Shown: piece by piece, positions 1 to 15,874 of the stretch
Layout of the letters: every line of letters starts with the position of its first letter
How positions within the stretch are numbered: the stretch's first letter is position 1
Origin: Adineta vaga
Taxonomy: Eukaryota > Animalia > Rotifera
Direction of reading: 5' to 3'
NCBI GenBank assembly: GCA_021613535.1
Contig: CP075496.1
Location: forward strand, 9,114,001-9,178,000
Length of the DNA stretch: 64,000 nt
Translations under genes and position numbers: made by a program
The notes under the pieces: model-generated
What the model saw: only the letters and a program-made list of their open reading frames with translations
Database searches by the model: none
Told to the model about the DNA's origin: nothing

Positions 1-113
1 CTGACTGCACTCAAAAGAGTAATGAAGTACGACGTCTTGCCACAGAACATTTTACTGCAAGAGTTACCATTGTAAAAAATATCATCGAACCACCACCTCC
101 CTATCGATCGTAA
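1..113 (+). CDS. 3' end of a gene entering from the left edge, ending in a PPxY motif
   Basis: Frame from position 3 reads DCTQKSNEVRRLATEHFTARVTIVKNIIEPPPPYRS* (TAA 111-113), followed by T-rich UTR-like sequence. Confidence 0.45.
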   Translation, partial: DCTQKSNEVRRLATEHFTARVTIVKNIIEPPPPYRS

Positions 114-622
114 TGCAGCAAAACAGTAAAAATGATCGTTACGTTTTTCAGTTTCTTTTTGTTGTGATAGTATCGTGCATTGTCTCTTTCATTTTATCTT
201 TGTAAAAAGAATTCAAATTTTTATGCGTTTATTTGTGTGCATTATTCTATAACATTCTATGTTGTATTTCAGCTTTTGTATTGTTGAATCTTTTGTTGAA
301 CTGATATTTTACCTTTATAAGATGTTTCAATTCGATTAATAATATTTATGAATGATAAAGTATATTGAATATCTTGAGAGTATTGGTATGATTAAAAAGA
401 AAATAAATATCCATCGTTACACTTCATCTATTCTATCAACTATCGAGATTTAATCTTGTCTTTCTCTCTTGTTGATTTCGAATAGATTTGATATATTGAC
501 GATATAATCAATATTCTCAATTACAAAAGATATTTCGTTTTTGTGACGGATTATATTGAAATTTTTCATAGAAAAACATTTATCAGTTAATCTTTTTAAT
601 GTCAAATAGTATAACCATAAGA

Positions 623-2488
<1,866 letters not shown>

Positions 2489-3257
2489 TATTGCATGATA
2501 CTTCTTTCACCAAGCCAAGCACTAAATTACAATATTTAGTTGTGTCTATTTTATACAAAAAATGATAAGAATTAAAGTACTTTATCAAAATATTTGGTTA
2601 AGTAACAAATATTATCTCATTATATTTGAAATATCTCGTTGCTTTTTCAGTTTAACCTATAGTCTTTTCAATAAGTAGAACAATAATATTCTCTTCTTTA
2701 GACTTCAACATTTTCTAGGTAGATAAGAGAGTTCTTTGTTAAAAATAGAACAAGTTTTGTTTATAACAAACAACAATCCTTTATTCTAATATATATTACT
2801 ACATCCGATGAAATTATGTGAAGATACGACTGACATCTGTGTATCAATATTTCTATTTGAACAGTTCTATGTCATAATAAATAGAAGCTTTAGATTATAA
2901 TCTTGTCTTGTGTATGATAAATACAACTTCTGTTCTGTCTTTTTACGAATATTCGTGTTTATTACCCCTAAATGTTGTTATCTGAGTATTTTCAAATCTC
3001 AATAACAGAAATGGATAATTTTTGTTAGTTGTTCGATTATATAAATATTTTATTCTCTTTCCACCAAGATAAAAAAAAGAAAAGAAACGACAAAGGCACG
3101 TGTTAATAAAGAAAGAAACGGTATTTGCATCATTACACAGTAACTTACATAAATATTAAACACATTAACTTAGTAGAGATTTTGTTAGAAGAAAATAGAG
3201 CATATATATACATCTTCTCTTGATTTTTTAGTACATCATCGAATACAAAAGAAAGAA

Positions 3258-4402
3258 ATGACTAATTCAACAAATCCGATCACAAATGATCCACAAACTG
3301 AAGAGAAGTAAATATATATAGATATGATGATTTATTGAATAACGGGATGAATCAATTTTTCTCTTAGGAAACTATTCGATATACCCAAGTCAATTTTATC
3401 TGACAATGACAAACCTACAATAGTTATTCTAACTCCTGAATTGAATGATCCAATGTTTGCTGACTTTTGGCGATTCAATTTTGATGAGTTAGCTTGTAAA
3501 TTTGCTGAATTTGGAATAATTGCAATATCAGCACCATGGATGACGACACCTTTATCATGTAATTCGACTAATAAGTTCATATACATTGCTAATCTTGCAT
3601 GGGGATATCACTATCGCCCAGATCAATGGGATACATGGTTGCATAATTGGCCTAAAGAGATTAAACTGATCAACTCGCCATCACTTCTTCAATGGAATAC
3701 TCGCAAGACATATCTACAAGATTTACAAAAAGCTGATGTTCAAATTATTCCTACATTGTATATTGAGTCTTTTGATGAAAAAGTATTAATTAATGCAGCA
3801 AAACATTTTGGCGTATCTGATTTAATTGTTAAACCACAAGTATCTGCATGCAGTTTTAATATTGTACGTGTGTTGGTTGACAGTAATGATTTTGCTTCTG
3901 CACCAAGTAAAATGAACTATTTATGTATGGATTTTCATTTTTATTTTCTTCTTTGTTAGGATCTATGAGTCCTTCTGAAGCTGTTGCTGAGCTCACACGT
4001 TTAGATGCCGCTCATTCTCCAATGATGATACAACCATTTATGTCCAGTGTTGTTCAGGAAGGTGAAATATCCGTATTTGTATTCGATGGAAAAGTGAGTC
4101 ATGCTGTTCGAAGTAATACGCAACCGGACGATTATCGTGTACAATTCGAACATGGTGGTGTGACAACTGCACAAAAGGAGCTGTCATATGAAATGATTGA
4201 ATTAGTTCATCAAGCACTTGCTGTCTGTCCTGAAACTCCTGTTTATGCGCGTGTAGATATGATACGTAATAATATCATAGGGAAATTCTGTGTCATTGAA
4301 GTAGAACTTATTGAACCAAATCTTTTCTTACAATATGCACCTGATGGAGGTACAGCATTTGTACATGCTATCCTACGAGTTAGTGGTTTAAATTCACCAT
4401 AA
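3258..4402 (+). CDS. ATP-grasp ligase, RimK/glutathione synthetase-like (DcsG-like), 3 exons
   Basis: ATG 3258; introns 3308-3367 and 3907-3959 join the ORF pieces in frame. Motifs WGYH, WNTRKTYLQDL, KPQVSA, QPFMSSVVQEGEIS, DYRVQFEHGG, YARVD, EVELIEPNLF. Confidence 0.85.
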
Positions 4403-4613
4403 CTTTTATTTTCTTATCGATGAAGTTAGATCTAAAGCATAATACTTATCCAGTATTTGTTGCCTATTTTTTTGTGTAATAATAATAGTTTACAGTTAAA
4501 CAAATACACTTTTTTATCGATCATCGATAGAATTTATAGAATTTATCCACGGGGTAGTTAGTCAATATAAATGATAGAAAAAAGTAGAAGAAGAAGAAGA
4601 AAATAGAAGGAGT

Positions 4614-6293
4614 TTATTTTGTACGATTATCTTCTGTTTTGATCGAATGTTGATAATTAATAATGTCTGCAATTTTTGAGATAATATATTTTAGCTGAGA
4701 TTGAAGTACATCTGTTGTTATCGGTTTAATACCATGTCCTCGTTCAAATTCATCGGTAACTGTACGTGCATCGATAGCAAAACGAAAGGTTGTTACTGGT
4801 TCGGGATATTCTTTGAGTGAGAGAGTCGCCGGTTGTCCAATAACACATATAATTGGATGAGCATCTGTTTGAAGTCGTAACTTATTATACAAATCTTTAC
4901 ATGCTTCTTCACTGAGAAAGGTTTTACTCGATTGACGAATAAGAAATGGAAAAATAGTTTCATGACGAAATTCTTCATCATTTTCATCATAGAAGGAACT
5001 TCTCTTCATATTTACTACTGGTTGAAGTAAACCGGCGTAAGTCGAGAATGCAGCTCGAATTTCAGCACCAGCTGCTATAATGAACTGTTCTCGCCATTCT
5101 AAAGGTATAACCAAATAACGACGTAGTTCAAATACAGCAGCTGTTAATCGTAAGAAATGACCAATATTTGATTGCCATAAAACAGTAGAATAGTCTGCTA
5201 AACATTTACGAACATTTGTCCAAGATTGAGGCCAATCTGAAATGGCTGAATATGCAGCTAATTCACTAGACATATAATTTTGAACTGAAGCTTTTTGAAT
5301 TTGAGCACGAAAACAAGCAGGTACAAGAATTGCACCACTAAATGGTGGACCAGCGAGAAATTTTGAACCAGTAAGAGTTACAAATCGATTACGACTAATA
5401 TGTTCACGTACACGCGATGATGATATACGAAACTGGCAGGCATCGATAAGAATAGTCAATACTTCTTTACTATGTTGTTGCTCAATACGATTGAGACACT
5501 CATGACTTGGTGTTCTGTTACCTAATTTTGATGTATCAAGTGCATGTAAAAATATATGTGTATCTTCATGGCTACGAGTAAGATCATTGATAGACTGTTC
5601 AATGAATGCTTCATCTTGACATTTCTGATAAGAATATTCGATACATCGAGTATTAGAATTGTCGTCAGGTCCGTGTAGACCAGCGATTGGTGCGCCTTTT
5701 TTAACATCTTCACCACGAATATTTTTAAGATTAAAATGACGACCAGAAGCAGCATTTGAAACACGACCTGCTGCTTCATCGGCACCAAGAATTACATTTG
5801 TTAATACGGTTGTCGATCTGGGTAAACAAAGCTTGGCAAGAAAGACAGATTGAAGAGTTGCATCAGTACCTGAAGGAACAAAAACAATATCAGCATCATT
5901 TAATGTCAGACCAAAATAACCAAGTAATTCTTGACGAAGTCCTTCTATTCTTTCATCAATAACATTATCGTCAGGGATCTTGTTTAAACTATTCATTATT
6001 TCAGTAAGGTGAACAAAAGCACCATTCGAAATAGGAGTTGCAGTTGATGATGAAAGATAAATTGAAGTTGATGGATTGGTAGGATCTAGTGGGCAACCAT
6101 ACATATTGAAACCAGTTGACGATTCAATTGATAATCTTTCATCACCACCTGAACCTAATAATCGTATAAGTTCCAAGGATGAAATGCTTTCTTTATCTTT
6201 TGTTGTTGCATCTGATTGTACGACTGAATTTGTATTACTTGTAGTACATAGTTGTGATGTTATAGTGCTCATCGTCTGGCTGTATTCATCCAT
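4614..6293 (-). CDS. PLP-dependent transferase, fold type I class-V (cysteine desulfurase-like), intronless
   Basis: 559-aa ORF from ATG 6293 with FVPSGTDA, IDACQFR (pyridine-binding Asp) and LTGSKFLAGPPFSG (Schiff-base Lys). Confidence 0.75.
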   Translation of the reverse strand: MDEYSQTMSTITSQLCTTSNTNSVVQSDATTKDKESISSLELIRLLGSGGDERLSIESSTGFNMYGCPLDPTNPSTSIYLSSSTATPISNGAFVHLTEIMNSLNKIPDDNVIDERIEGLRQELLGYFGLTLNDADIVFVPSGTDATLQSVFLAKLCLPRSTTVLTNVILGADEAAGRVSNAASGRHFNLKNIRGEDVKKGAPIAGLHGPDDNSNTRCIEYSYQKCQDEAFIEQSINDLTRSHEDTHIFLHALDTSKLGNRTPSHECLNRIEQQHSKEVLTILIDACQFRISSSRVREHISRNRFVTLTGSKFLAGPPFSGAILVPACFRAQIQKASVQNYMSSELAAYSAISDWPQSWTNVRKCLADYSTVLWQSNIGHFLRLTAAVFELRRYLVIPLEWREQFIIAAGAEIRAAFSTYAGLLQPVVNMKRSSFYDENDEEFRHETIFPFLIRQSSKTFLSEEACKDLYNKLRLQTDAHPIICVIGQPATLSLKEYPEPVTTFRFAIDARTVTDEFERGHGIKPITTDVLQSQLKYIISKIADIINYQHSIKTEDNRTK

Positions 6294-7435
6294 TTTGATA
6301 GTATTCAATAAAAATAAAAAAATTACCTTAGACAAAAATTATATTCAGGTGACGTTATATATAATGATTACTTTGTCATCTCATGAAATCAATAACGTCA
6401 TAAAAATATTTAATCTAGTAACATTGATCATAAACTTGATGTTATTATATCGTAGAAATGTTTTTATTTTCTTCATCGAGTTATGCTTGAGTGAGAACGT
6501 AAAAGAAAAAGTATTTTCTTGTGTACATATTCATAGTTAAAAGTATACATTTTTTCGTCTCAATCAACGCATGTATATGTCTATGAGCACGTGAATTTTA
6601 TATTTGTCCTTATGATTTAACCTTTATCAACTAACTTGTTTACCAGAAATTAAAACTTGCATACAATTAACGAACAATTTCGAAAAACAAAAATCATATG
6701 ATGTTTACTCAAAGATGATAATTTTAGAAATATAAATTGGATGTTGACGCTTAATACAATTTGTAAATAATTCCGTATAAAATAAATAGAATTTATAAAT
6801 CATATACATATAAACAGCATAATTTAAAACAAGTGTGGTATACATATGAAGTTTTATATGCTCTAAAAATATTTTAAATACTTCCTTTGATATACCATCA
6901 AAAACAATCGTAACAGCCGTTCTTCTTAACTACAGAAGATTTTTTCTAGAAAAATATGGAACATCATCAGTATGTTATAGAATATAGTTGATTCGTTTTA
7001 GATTATAGGTTTCACTGATAGTGTGTATTATCTGACAGGAGAGAAGTAGTGAAAGACAAACATTGAGAAGTCTAGAATATTTTAGTGGATTTAATATCAT
7101 TTTGATAACATTCCCGTGCGTCATTGCGTGAAATTGTTTGTAGTTCAAATAAAATATTGAAAACAAATTTACTACCACTTTACATTATTTTTTATACTTG
7201 CTGTCAAAAAACCAAAGAGTATTGAAATGTAACAAGAAAAATCTTTGTATTTCTTCTGAAAAAAGTTCAGAGTAACAAAGTAATAATGCAAATCAACTTT
7301 TTGATCAATAATTTAGAGCACAGAAAGATTCTAAGTATGTTTGGAAATGTATATCCAACAATATATTGATAACGATTTCAAAAAAACATAGATTATAAAA
7401 GATTATACCATTTGAATAAGCTATCAGTTGTGTGA

Positions 7436-7452
7436 AGAGAGAGAGAGAGAGC
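7436..7452. repeat. (GA)n microsatellite
   Basis: Short AG dinucleotide run seen directly. Confidence 0.7.
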
Positions 7453-8056
7453 GATAATAGATGAAGGTATTAATATAGTAAAGATATTTTTAGGATGCAT
7501 AGCAGATTGACTTTGGAATAACTATGACAATTTATGGTTGCAAAAACGTCCTGTATCATACATTAAAATTAAACTTAAAAAATCCTAACATTGTAGCACG
7601 CATAAAGCTCGTAAAAGTATAGAGTTTTATTACTTTTTATCTCTTTGTATATATTTATACGTTTTTATAAAAGATTTCATTCCTTCAAGTGATTAAAACA
7701 TAATATTGACATGAAAAACGAATTCTGGCTTGTCGCTTTCTCATTTTCTCTTTTTCCTCACAGAATATTTTCTTGACGTATTTTTTTGTCGTTCTTTTGG
7801 TAAAATCTAAATATCATCCAATGAAAGTTTTTAATGAATGCGAAGTAATGGTGTTGACAAGGAGATATAGATACAACGTAAAGATGAAAGAGCAAAAAAA
7901 GGGGCAGTGCGACTAGACAAAGAATTCCACGTTTTCTTTTACTACAGAACAACAATAAGGTGTATTGTGTAACATAGTTATCTGCACCTATTTATTATCT
8001 TGTTTTTGAATCGGAAATATATTTTAACGTTGCAAAATTCTGATCTTAAGAGCGAT

Positions 8057-10340
8057 ATGACTGAAAATACGTCATCTCATGTTAAGAAAACTGTTTCGAC
8101 GTCTGAAAATCATATCGTGCGTTCCAGCCAGGATGAAAATAGAGAAGCTACAACTCTAATTTGGTTCGATCCAAAGATCGACTCAAATGAAGACACAAAA
8201 TTGACCATGAAACAACTTCGTCGTATAAATGACTATGTTATATTTCATCAAGAACTAGAAGCATGCCTTCTACATATCAAATCGACTAAAACTGAAAAAA
8301 TCCTTTTAATTACATCAGGTACACGAGCAGTACAACTTCTGTCGCATATAACCGCACTTCAACAAATCGATTCTGTTTTTATTTTTTGCATGAAACCAAG
8401 CAGATATCAATATTTGATGAGCGAATATCCGAAGATTGTTGGTATTTATACGGAACTCGATATGTTGTGCACCTCAATTAAAGAACAAATCAATCTTATT
8501 GACAAACAATTAGAAACATTTAGCTTTTTTGATCAAGCTGAAAAGGCGATTAAAGATTTATCAAAAGAATCAGCCGAATTTTTGTGGTATCAACTGTTTA
8601 CTCGTATTATATTGCGTCTTCCACGTCATCAACAAGCTAAAAAACAGATGCTTGATATGTGTCGTCATTATTACAGAGGAAACATTGAGCAACAACAGTT
8701 AATCGATGAATTTGAGCGTACTTATAAACCAGAAGATGCTATTCTATGGTATTCAAAAGATTCCTAGTTTATAGATTAGTAAACAAAGCTTTACGATGCG
8801 AAGATATTGATCAACTTTACGCGTTCCGTTTTTTTATCGGTGATCTATCGGAAAGTTTAGCTCGGAAACAAGAAGACATTATTCGATTGAATGAAGAAAC
8901 ATTGACTGTCTATCGCGGAACAAAACTATCACGTGATGAATTTGAGAAACTAAAAGAAAATCAAGGTAACTTGATCTCGACTAATGGATTTTTATCGACC
9001 AGTCGATATTATGAAGTTGCACTTGCTTTCGCTACAAAGATTTCAAAACGTTCCGATGTTGAATCTGTTATTTTCAAAATCAAATGTGATGTACAAAAAC
9101 TTAGAAATATTGTCATTTTTGCGGATATTAAAGAACAAAGTGATTTTGAAGATGAACTCGAGATTCTATTTGATTTGGGTGCTGCTTTTCGAATTGAATC
9201 TGTGGAACATGATGGTCAACTCTATCATATTAATATGAGTGTAACACCAGAGGCACAAGCTATTACTCATCATTATACTGAAATAACTCGACATGAAACA
9301 GAGGAAAGAAGTGTTGTTATCATGTTTGGAAGATTAATGTGTCAAATGGGTGAATATGAAAAATCTCAAAAATATTTCGAACAATTATTGAATGATCCAA
9401 ATGGAGAAGATCCTGCTTGGATCGAATTTAATATTGGTCGTTCTCTTCATTACAAAGGTAATTGGGAAGCAGCAGAGATCTATTATAATCGTGCTTACCA
9501 TCGGATGATCAATACAAATTCACTTCGTGTCGAAGATTCAGCGTATGTACTTAACAGCATTGGTACTGTTCTTCAAGCGCAACAAGAATACAACAAAGCT
9601 CTTGATTTTCATCGTCAAGCACTCGATATCTACGAAAAACATTATTCGATGGATCATCTCAATGTTGATACAGTCTTCACAGTACTGGTCGCGTACTACA
9701 TATTCAAGGAAAATATGATGAGGCTCTAATAGTTCATCGACGCGCCCTTGAAATACGAAGGAAACATTGCGATGCAGAACATCCCGATATAGCCCGTAGT
9801 CTTAACAATATTGGAAATGTATTGAATGACCAAAGAAAGTATGAGCAAGCTCTTCAACATTGTCGACAAGCACTTGAAATACGAAGAAAATATTGTCCTG
9901 TTAATCATCCCGATATTGCTTACAGCTTAAACAGTATTGGTAATATACTTGGTAGTCTAGGAAAATACGAGGAAGCTCTGGAAAATCTCCATCAAGCTCT
10001 TAATATACGAAAAAATCGCTATATAACTGGCCACCCAGAGATTGCTACTAGTCTTAGTAGTATTGGTGACATTTTTCGAGCACAAGAAAAGTATGATGAA
10101 GCTCTTGATATGTATCAACAAGCAGTCACGATACGAGAAAGATATCATCCTAATGGTCATACAGAAATTGCTCTTATTTTGAATAATATCGGAATAGTGT
10201 ATGAAAACCGGTGTTTAATTGAAATGGCATTGAAATTTTATCAGCAAGCATTATCGATGTACGAAGGCAATCTTTCAACTGAACATCCACATTACAAACA
10301 GATTGAAAAAAATATTCGCAGACTTTCTTCAAAGATATAA
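8057..10340 (+). pseudogene. Mono-ADP-ribosyltransferase (R-S-E clade) plus ~8 TPR repeats, two frameshifts
   Basis: N-terminal LIWFD domain; ART motifs TVYRG, GFLSTS, EDELEILF; 42-aa TPR units. Frame breaks at ~8762 (WYSKDS/LVYRLVNKALR) and ~9667 (HLNV/YSLHSTGRVLHIQGKY), each fixed by adding one base. Confidence 0.85.
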
Positions 10341-10628
10341 TTCGGTACAATGTATCAGTTACTGTAGACACAAAAACTTTGTCTAAAAACAACTATGCAA
10401 TAAAAAAAGAATAATTGGAGTCATTTATATAGATTTTTGATTACTAATTTCAATGTATAGTTATCAATCGACAAATAGGTCGTTTTTCGTCATTCTTCAG
10501 AAGCTGAATTGAGAATCTCAAAGAAGTTAAATAGGAAAGTTGAACTATAATAGTAAATCATCTTCAATTCAATTTATTTTGCAAATGTTTGAATAAAAAA
10601 TAAATAAAAAGATCTATTCAAAAAGAAA

Positions 10629-11721
10629 TCATTTACGAATACAAAGCAATTGTGCAAGTTCACGTCGAAATAATCGACTCGACAATGTACATAAATAAAA
10701 ACTCATACAAGGACTAAGTAAACCAACGAATGAAAGAACATTTCCTGTAAAACCTTGTATAGCTAATGATAAAGGATCTTTACGTAAATTATTATCAATA
10801 ACATTATACATTCCACCAATAGAACCAGCTGCTGATGTTAAACCAAAGAAAATTGATTGAACAAGTGTTATTTGAATTAATTGTCTATCAATATTTTTAA
10901 TTCGTTTTTGTCGTCGATTGATTATATCATGACCAAATGCTTTCTGAGCTGATTGTTGAATATTACGAATAGTGAGAAGACCAAAAATAAGCATAGTTAA
11001 TGATGGAATTAAACTCCATATAATAAGAAGAAAAATTCCATTTATTTTTTGAAATGAATTCGGTTGACCAAGACATATCAGAGGATGTCGATTAACTTTA
11101 TAAAAGATCAACATTGGAATTTGTGTTATGCCAATAAAAATAGTTACTAGAGGTATTAACCATGATGAAACATGAGTGGAACTCCACCTACGAACTGCTG
11201 TTGATGATGAACTACAAAAATATCTAAAGAAAGAAAAACGAACGGTGAATAATACAATCTAATCTTTCTTTATTCTTTACCGATCAAGAGATGCCAAAGC
11301 AATAAACCAACAAGGTAATATTCTATTTAAATAAAATGCATATGAATTCAATTTAATTCAACAAGTCATTTTCATTTGAATTACAATACCTGATCCAAGA
11401 GAAAAGAAATGTTAATGTTTTACATAAAATGTCTGAAGGAACGAATAAACTCCATTTGTATCCAAATTGTAAAAGACGAACAGGAAGAATACCAAATATA
11501 ATCAGATAACCACTAACAGCTGAAGCAATAAGATACCTTACACATGGACTAAAACGAAGTGAACGACGAGTAAATACACAAATATTTAACGAATGTCCAA
11601 TGAAACCAACAAGAAACATTGTTATACACCAATATCGAGTAAACATTATTGATCTCATTTTGACAGTTGATAAAAGATAAGTAGCATTATCATGCGTGAT
11701 ATTAAGTGAAGCAGAAGACAT
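10629..11721 (-). CDS. Class-A (rhodopsin-like) orphan GPCR, 3 exons
   Basis: Seven hydrophobic segments; introns 11323-11389 and 11224-11280 rebuild IALASLDRYFCSS (DRY motif); C-terminal FYLCTLSSRLFRREL. Confidence 0.85.
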
Positions 11722-13918
11722 CTAAAATTTATTTTAAATTTTTTATCTGTATTCAACAATAGAGCAGCAGATGTATTCATGAGTTCTAACGGTTGAGTTA
11801 TATTTATCGTCCTAAAAAAAGCTTTTCTTTTGGCAAAGTGTATATTACAAGGACGTTAGAGAACAACATATCCTTCTTTTAATCCTTCAGGCAACTCGAT
11901 GAACGCTGATCGTGTTATGAAAAGGAAATTAATAGAGAAAAAAGTTAACATTGAAATCTGTTACTTACTATTTATATTATAGTTTCATAGGTTTATTTAA
12001 GATAAACTGTATTCTAATTCATAGTTATTAGCTAATAAAGACAGTCGAGAAGTTGTCCTACCCTATTTGTAACAAAGAATGACTGTAAATTTTAAGACAT
12101 TTTTCACGAAGACAAACGTTCGATTATTATCTATTTTCAAGATAACAAACGAAAAAATGAACGCGTGATGAAAGGAAAATCTAAACGTATATATGTATCG
12201 AGAGGGCAAGCAAAGAAGAATGACATAAGACCTGGGAAGAATGAAGTATAATATGTAAAATGTACATATAAAAGAAAAAACATATCACGTGCCGATCAGA
12301 AAGAGAGATACATCATTCGACTTGAAATATATACTATATTACATGATCGAAACAACAACAAAAAATACAGTAATACCTTTGACTCGAAAACAAAAGAAAA
12401 AATTATTGTATTTTGCATCGATGATTCTTTTATGAAGTAGAACTGTTATTGATATGAATGTGTTTGTCTGTAATTATAGTCATTTTGATTGAGAAAGAAT
12501 GCCGAAAAAAATATTATACTGATTTTCTTTCTTTTACTTCTATCTTTGGAATGACCAGCAACAAGAATCATTAACAAGAGTATCAAAAATAGTTGGTATA
12601 ATAAAAAATACAGTAAATTTATTCGCGAATACAATTCAAAATACAAGATACATTCCGACTCTGTCCGCTGTTTACATATAGACATACCATTAAACACAAA
12701 TGTCAAGTATAGATTCAAGAAATGAAGGTCATTTGAGTAATGAATCGGTAAAACGAATATTGACTATAGTTAATTGGTTGAAGACAACGTCGATTAAACT
12801 ATACATTTGATAAAGGATGTATTTTTTCAGGAAACTATCTAATTCATATGAAGAAATAAAATAATTATATGCTTTTCGGTCGAAATTCCAAGTTTTGAAG
12901 TGTTTAGTTAATATATTTTCAGTTGTTTTGTTGATATCTTCTGTAAACAAAAGAAAATTAGACGTTGTTGTTTTCTTGATTAAGATTATTAATAATTAGT
13001 AGAAAAACCAAGAACGCAATACACGAGAATTGTAAGATTTAATTTGAATGATTGCAATTCTTATTCACTTCGATCATATTCGATCATATTCATGAAACCA
13101 AACTTCGAGATCGTTTTGGGTATTTTCTATTACTTTGATGACGTCAATACAATCATTACGGCAAATAAATACCTGACAGAAAATCGAAATATTTTGACAA
13201 ATAATAAGAATGCACATCAATCGTTAACATTATAGAGATTCATCTATTTTCAAAGCAACACGATTTTAATCGATTATAGAAAATAAAGTGACTTTATCTG
13301 CTAGACTTAATACGACGTTTTCCTTTTAATGCATTATCATTCATGATAAGGTCATATCCGTTCATTTCTATAGCAATCGATTGTGAATTAGTGTTATTTT
13401 TGTTTGCTTGTATTCACTTCCTACTGTCATTGCTAATTCTACCATTTGTCGATTATAAGAATTCGAATAATTTATTTGAATGAAGCATTACAAACCCTCA
13501 TGTGTCAAAATCATATTCAAGAAAATCAATTCATGAATATCTTCACTGCAAATTATTAGATGATAGTTGAAAAAGAATAGTTAATTGATCATTGATAGTA
13601 GTTCGGAAAATAATGTCGCAATTTGGTCATAGACTATCAAAGGAAACTTGTCTTGGAAAGAATCGCAAACTTTTTTTCAAAACACTACTTAAACTTTATA
13701 TGTTTAAGCTGGAAAGAAGAAAAAGCCAACATAGAGATGATTCACTTCCTATATAAAGTAAATAAATCAAATCAAAACTACATTGTCAAAATTTTCAACG
13801 TAATAAACGTTTAGCACATTATTATATTATCTGACAATAACGATTAAAACATAGATTTTGAAAAGTATTTTACATAATTAATGCTATTTCCTTCTTTTAG
13901 ATTTATTTAATAGAAAAA

Positions 13919-14708
13919 ATGTACAGTTTTGTTATATGGTGTCTTTTACGTCAAATTATAATTAGTATAACAACTGTTTCATCATCATCAGTTGATCTAT
14001 ATCAAATTGAAGGAAAAATTATCTTTCCAATTCGTGGAGATGGTATTCATCATATTCGTATATTAGTTGATGAAGGTCAATATGTTGGTATACCTCGAAT
14101 TGATGGTACCTTTGTCATTACTGGTAAAACATATCAATTAAGAAAATTATATACTTATAAATAAAATATTCTATAATTCTTTTTGTTTTGTTTATTTGTT
14201 AGGCATATCTAGTGGTTCTTACATTGTTTCAGTAATCTCACCAATTTACATTTTCAAATCTATCCGGGTCGATATAAATACTAAAGGAAAAATTCGTGCG
14301 CGTGAAGTTGACTTTATTCAACCAGACAAAATCGTTCCATTAAAATATCCACTTCATTTCGAAGTACAGGAACATAAAAATTATTTTCAAAAGCGTGAAA
14401 GTTATAAGTGGACTGATCTCATTTTAAATCCTACATTTCTTGTCATCATCGTCGGAGTACCTCTATTTCTCTTCATAATCAAAACGATGCCACAAGGAGA
14501 AGAATTTCAACCAATGTTACAACAAACTCAAGATATTTTTCAGCCAAATCTACAAATGCCTGATATCACTGATCTATTTATTCGGCTCTTTGGTGCTCCT
14601 CAAAGACGACGATCCGTCAATCAAGACTCAAATACACAAAATGCAACGACTTCCGCAGGTACATCTGCAAAAATAAACTCGAAACGCAAACACAAACGAA
14701 AATCTTGA
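13919..14708 (+). CDS. EMC7: ER membrane protein complex subunit 7
   Basis: Intron 14124-14202; signal peptide; GIPRIDGTFVITGISSGSYIVSV, RVDINTKGKIRAR, YFQKRE, a TM helix and a basic tail typical of EMC7. Confidence 0.88.
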
Positions 14709-15580
14709 ATTTCTAAATTTATACGTCTTTCTTTTTAATTGTATATTTCTATTGACTAAAATTCAATAAGTATCTAATCTTTACCTCTAATAAAATGAAT
14801 CCAAATCAAAAATTGTTCACAATGCTTTTTCTAAATTTCAAATTCTGTTAGAGACAATTTGTCAACGATTATTTCTATTTGTTGCTTTTCCAGTGATCAT
14901 TGATGCTTTTTTGCATATAACAGATTAATTAATTCGAACTTAAATTAAATTAAGTTAGTTTTGTGTCCACAACCGTATCTTTATCATCCTTTTCAAGGAA
15001 TTTTTTTGTTTTGCAATTAGAAATATGAATGTCTTGTAATGAAATGTGATCCAGACACGCATTTCTACAAGATTTTTTTTCTCAAATTCCACGCAAAATC
15101 ATACAATATCAACTTACAAAAAGTTTTCAAAGCATCTTTCTTCCGATTGCTCCAAAAAGGAATCACCTAAGCATATTTTCATTTTTTTTTTGAATCTCCT
15201 TTTACATCTATGCATACATATATATCGATTACCTTAAAACTGTGTTTTCTTAAGCTATTCTTTCAAATTCAAAAATTTGATCTTCACTCCTCCGCAGTTT
15301 TTTTCTCTCTTAGTCAAATATCGTACGAGGAAGTAGCCGCTACTATAAATTAACAGGTAATAACGATGAAAAACATGCGTTATTCATTTCAACAGTACAG
15401 AATCGTTATACTATCTCTTTGTTGGTAAGTCAAAATTATTTTTAGAGAATCCATATGAGAAAAACTCGAATACTTCATAGTTTTCAAGATCTTTAATGAT
15501 CATGAAAATTCTTCTAACATCTCTAAGTGAGAATGTCATCTATGGCATTGAATGTTCTTTTTATAATAGATTTGTTCGCA

Positions 15581-15874
15581 ATGGATTCAGCGTCTTTCAA
15601 CAATTTGATTAGTTCGGTAGAAGAAGCTAGCTTTGATGACGACAAGGTTAGTACAATTTTATCAACGATTCAATCAGTTGGTCGTATATCACCACAACAA
15701 GTCGTTCAACTAATGGGATTGATTTCGTTTGAAGATGGCCAACTGAAAGTAGCAAAACAAGCCTATCGCGCTGTTTCTAGAGAATATCGTGGTTCTTACG
15801 CAAGTGTTGTCGGTAAAGCGCTATCGTTTAGTGATGCAAAAGCTGAATTGAATGAATATATCCGTCAATTTTGA
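15581..15874 (+). CDS. Stand-alone DUF4476-domain protein (97 aa)
   Basis: MDSASFNNLISSVEEASFDDDK...QVVQLMGLISFEDGQLKVAKQAY...LSFSDAK fits the DUF4476 pattern; probable 5'UTR intron from 15424 (gtaagt). Confidence 0.7.
   Translation: MDSASFNNLISSVEEASFDDDKVSTILSTIQSVGRISPQQVVQLMGLISFEDGQLKVAKQAYRAVSREYRGSYASVVGKALSFSDAKAELNEYIRQF

Noticed and set aside
8746-9729. Programmed ribosomal frameshifting to explain the split ART-TPR ORFs
   Set aside because: No slippery heptamer at either break; simple 1-nt deletions or sequencing errors suffice.
12446-13400. Short ORFs and a 10-bp tandem (tcgatcatat x2) between the GPCR and EMC7
   Set aside because: No motif, splice structure or consistent frame; may be a decayed gene but cannot be supported.
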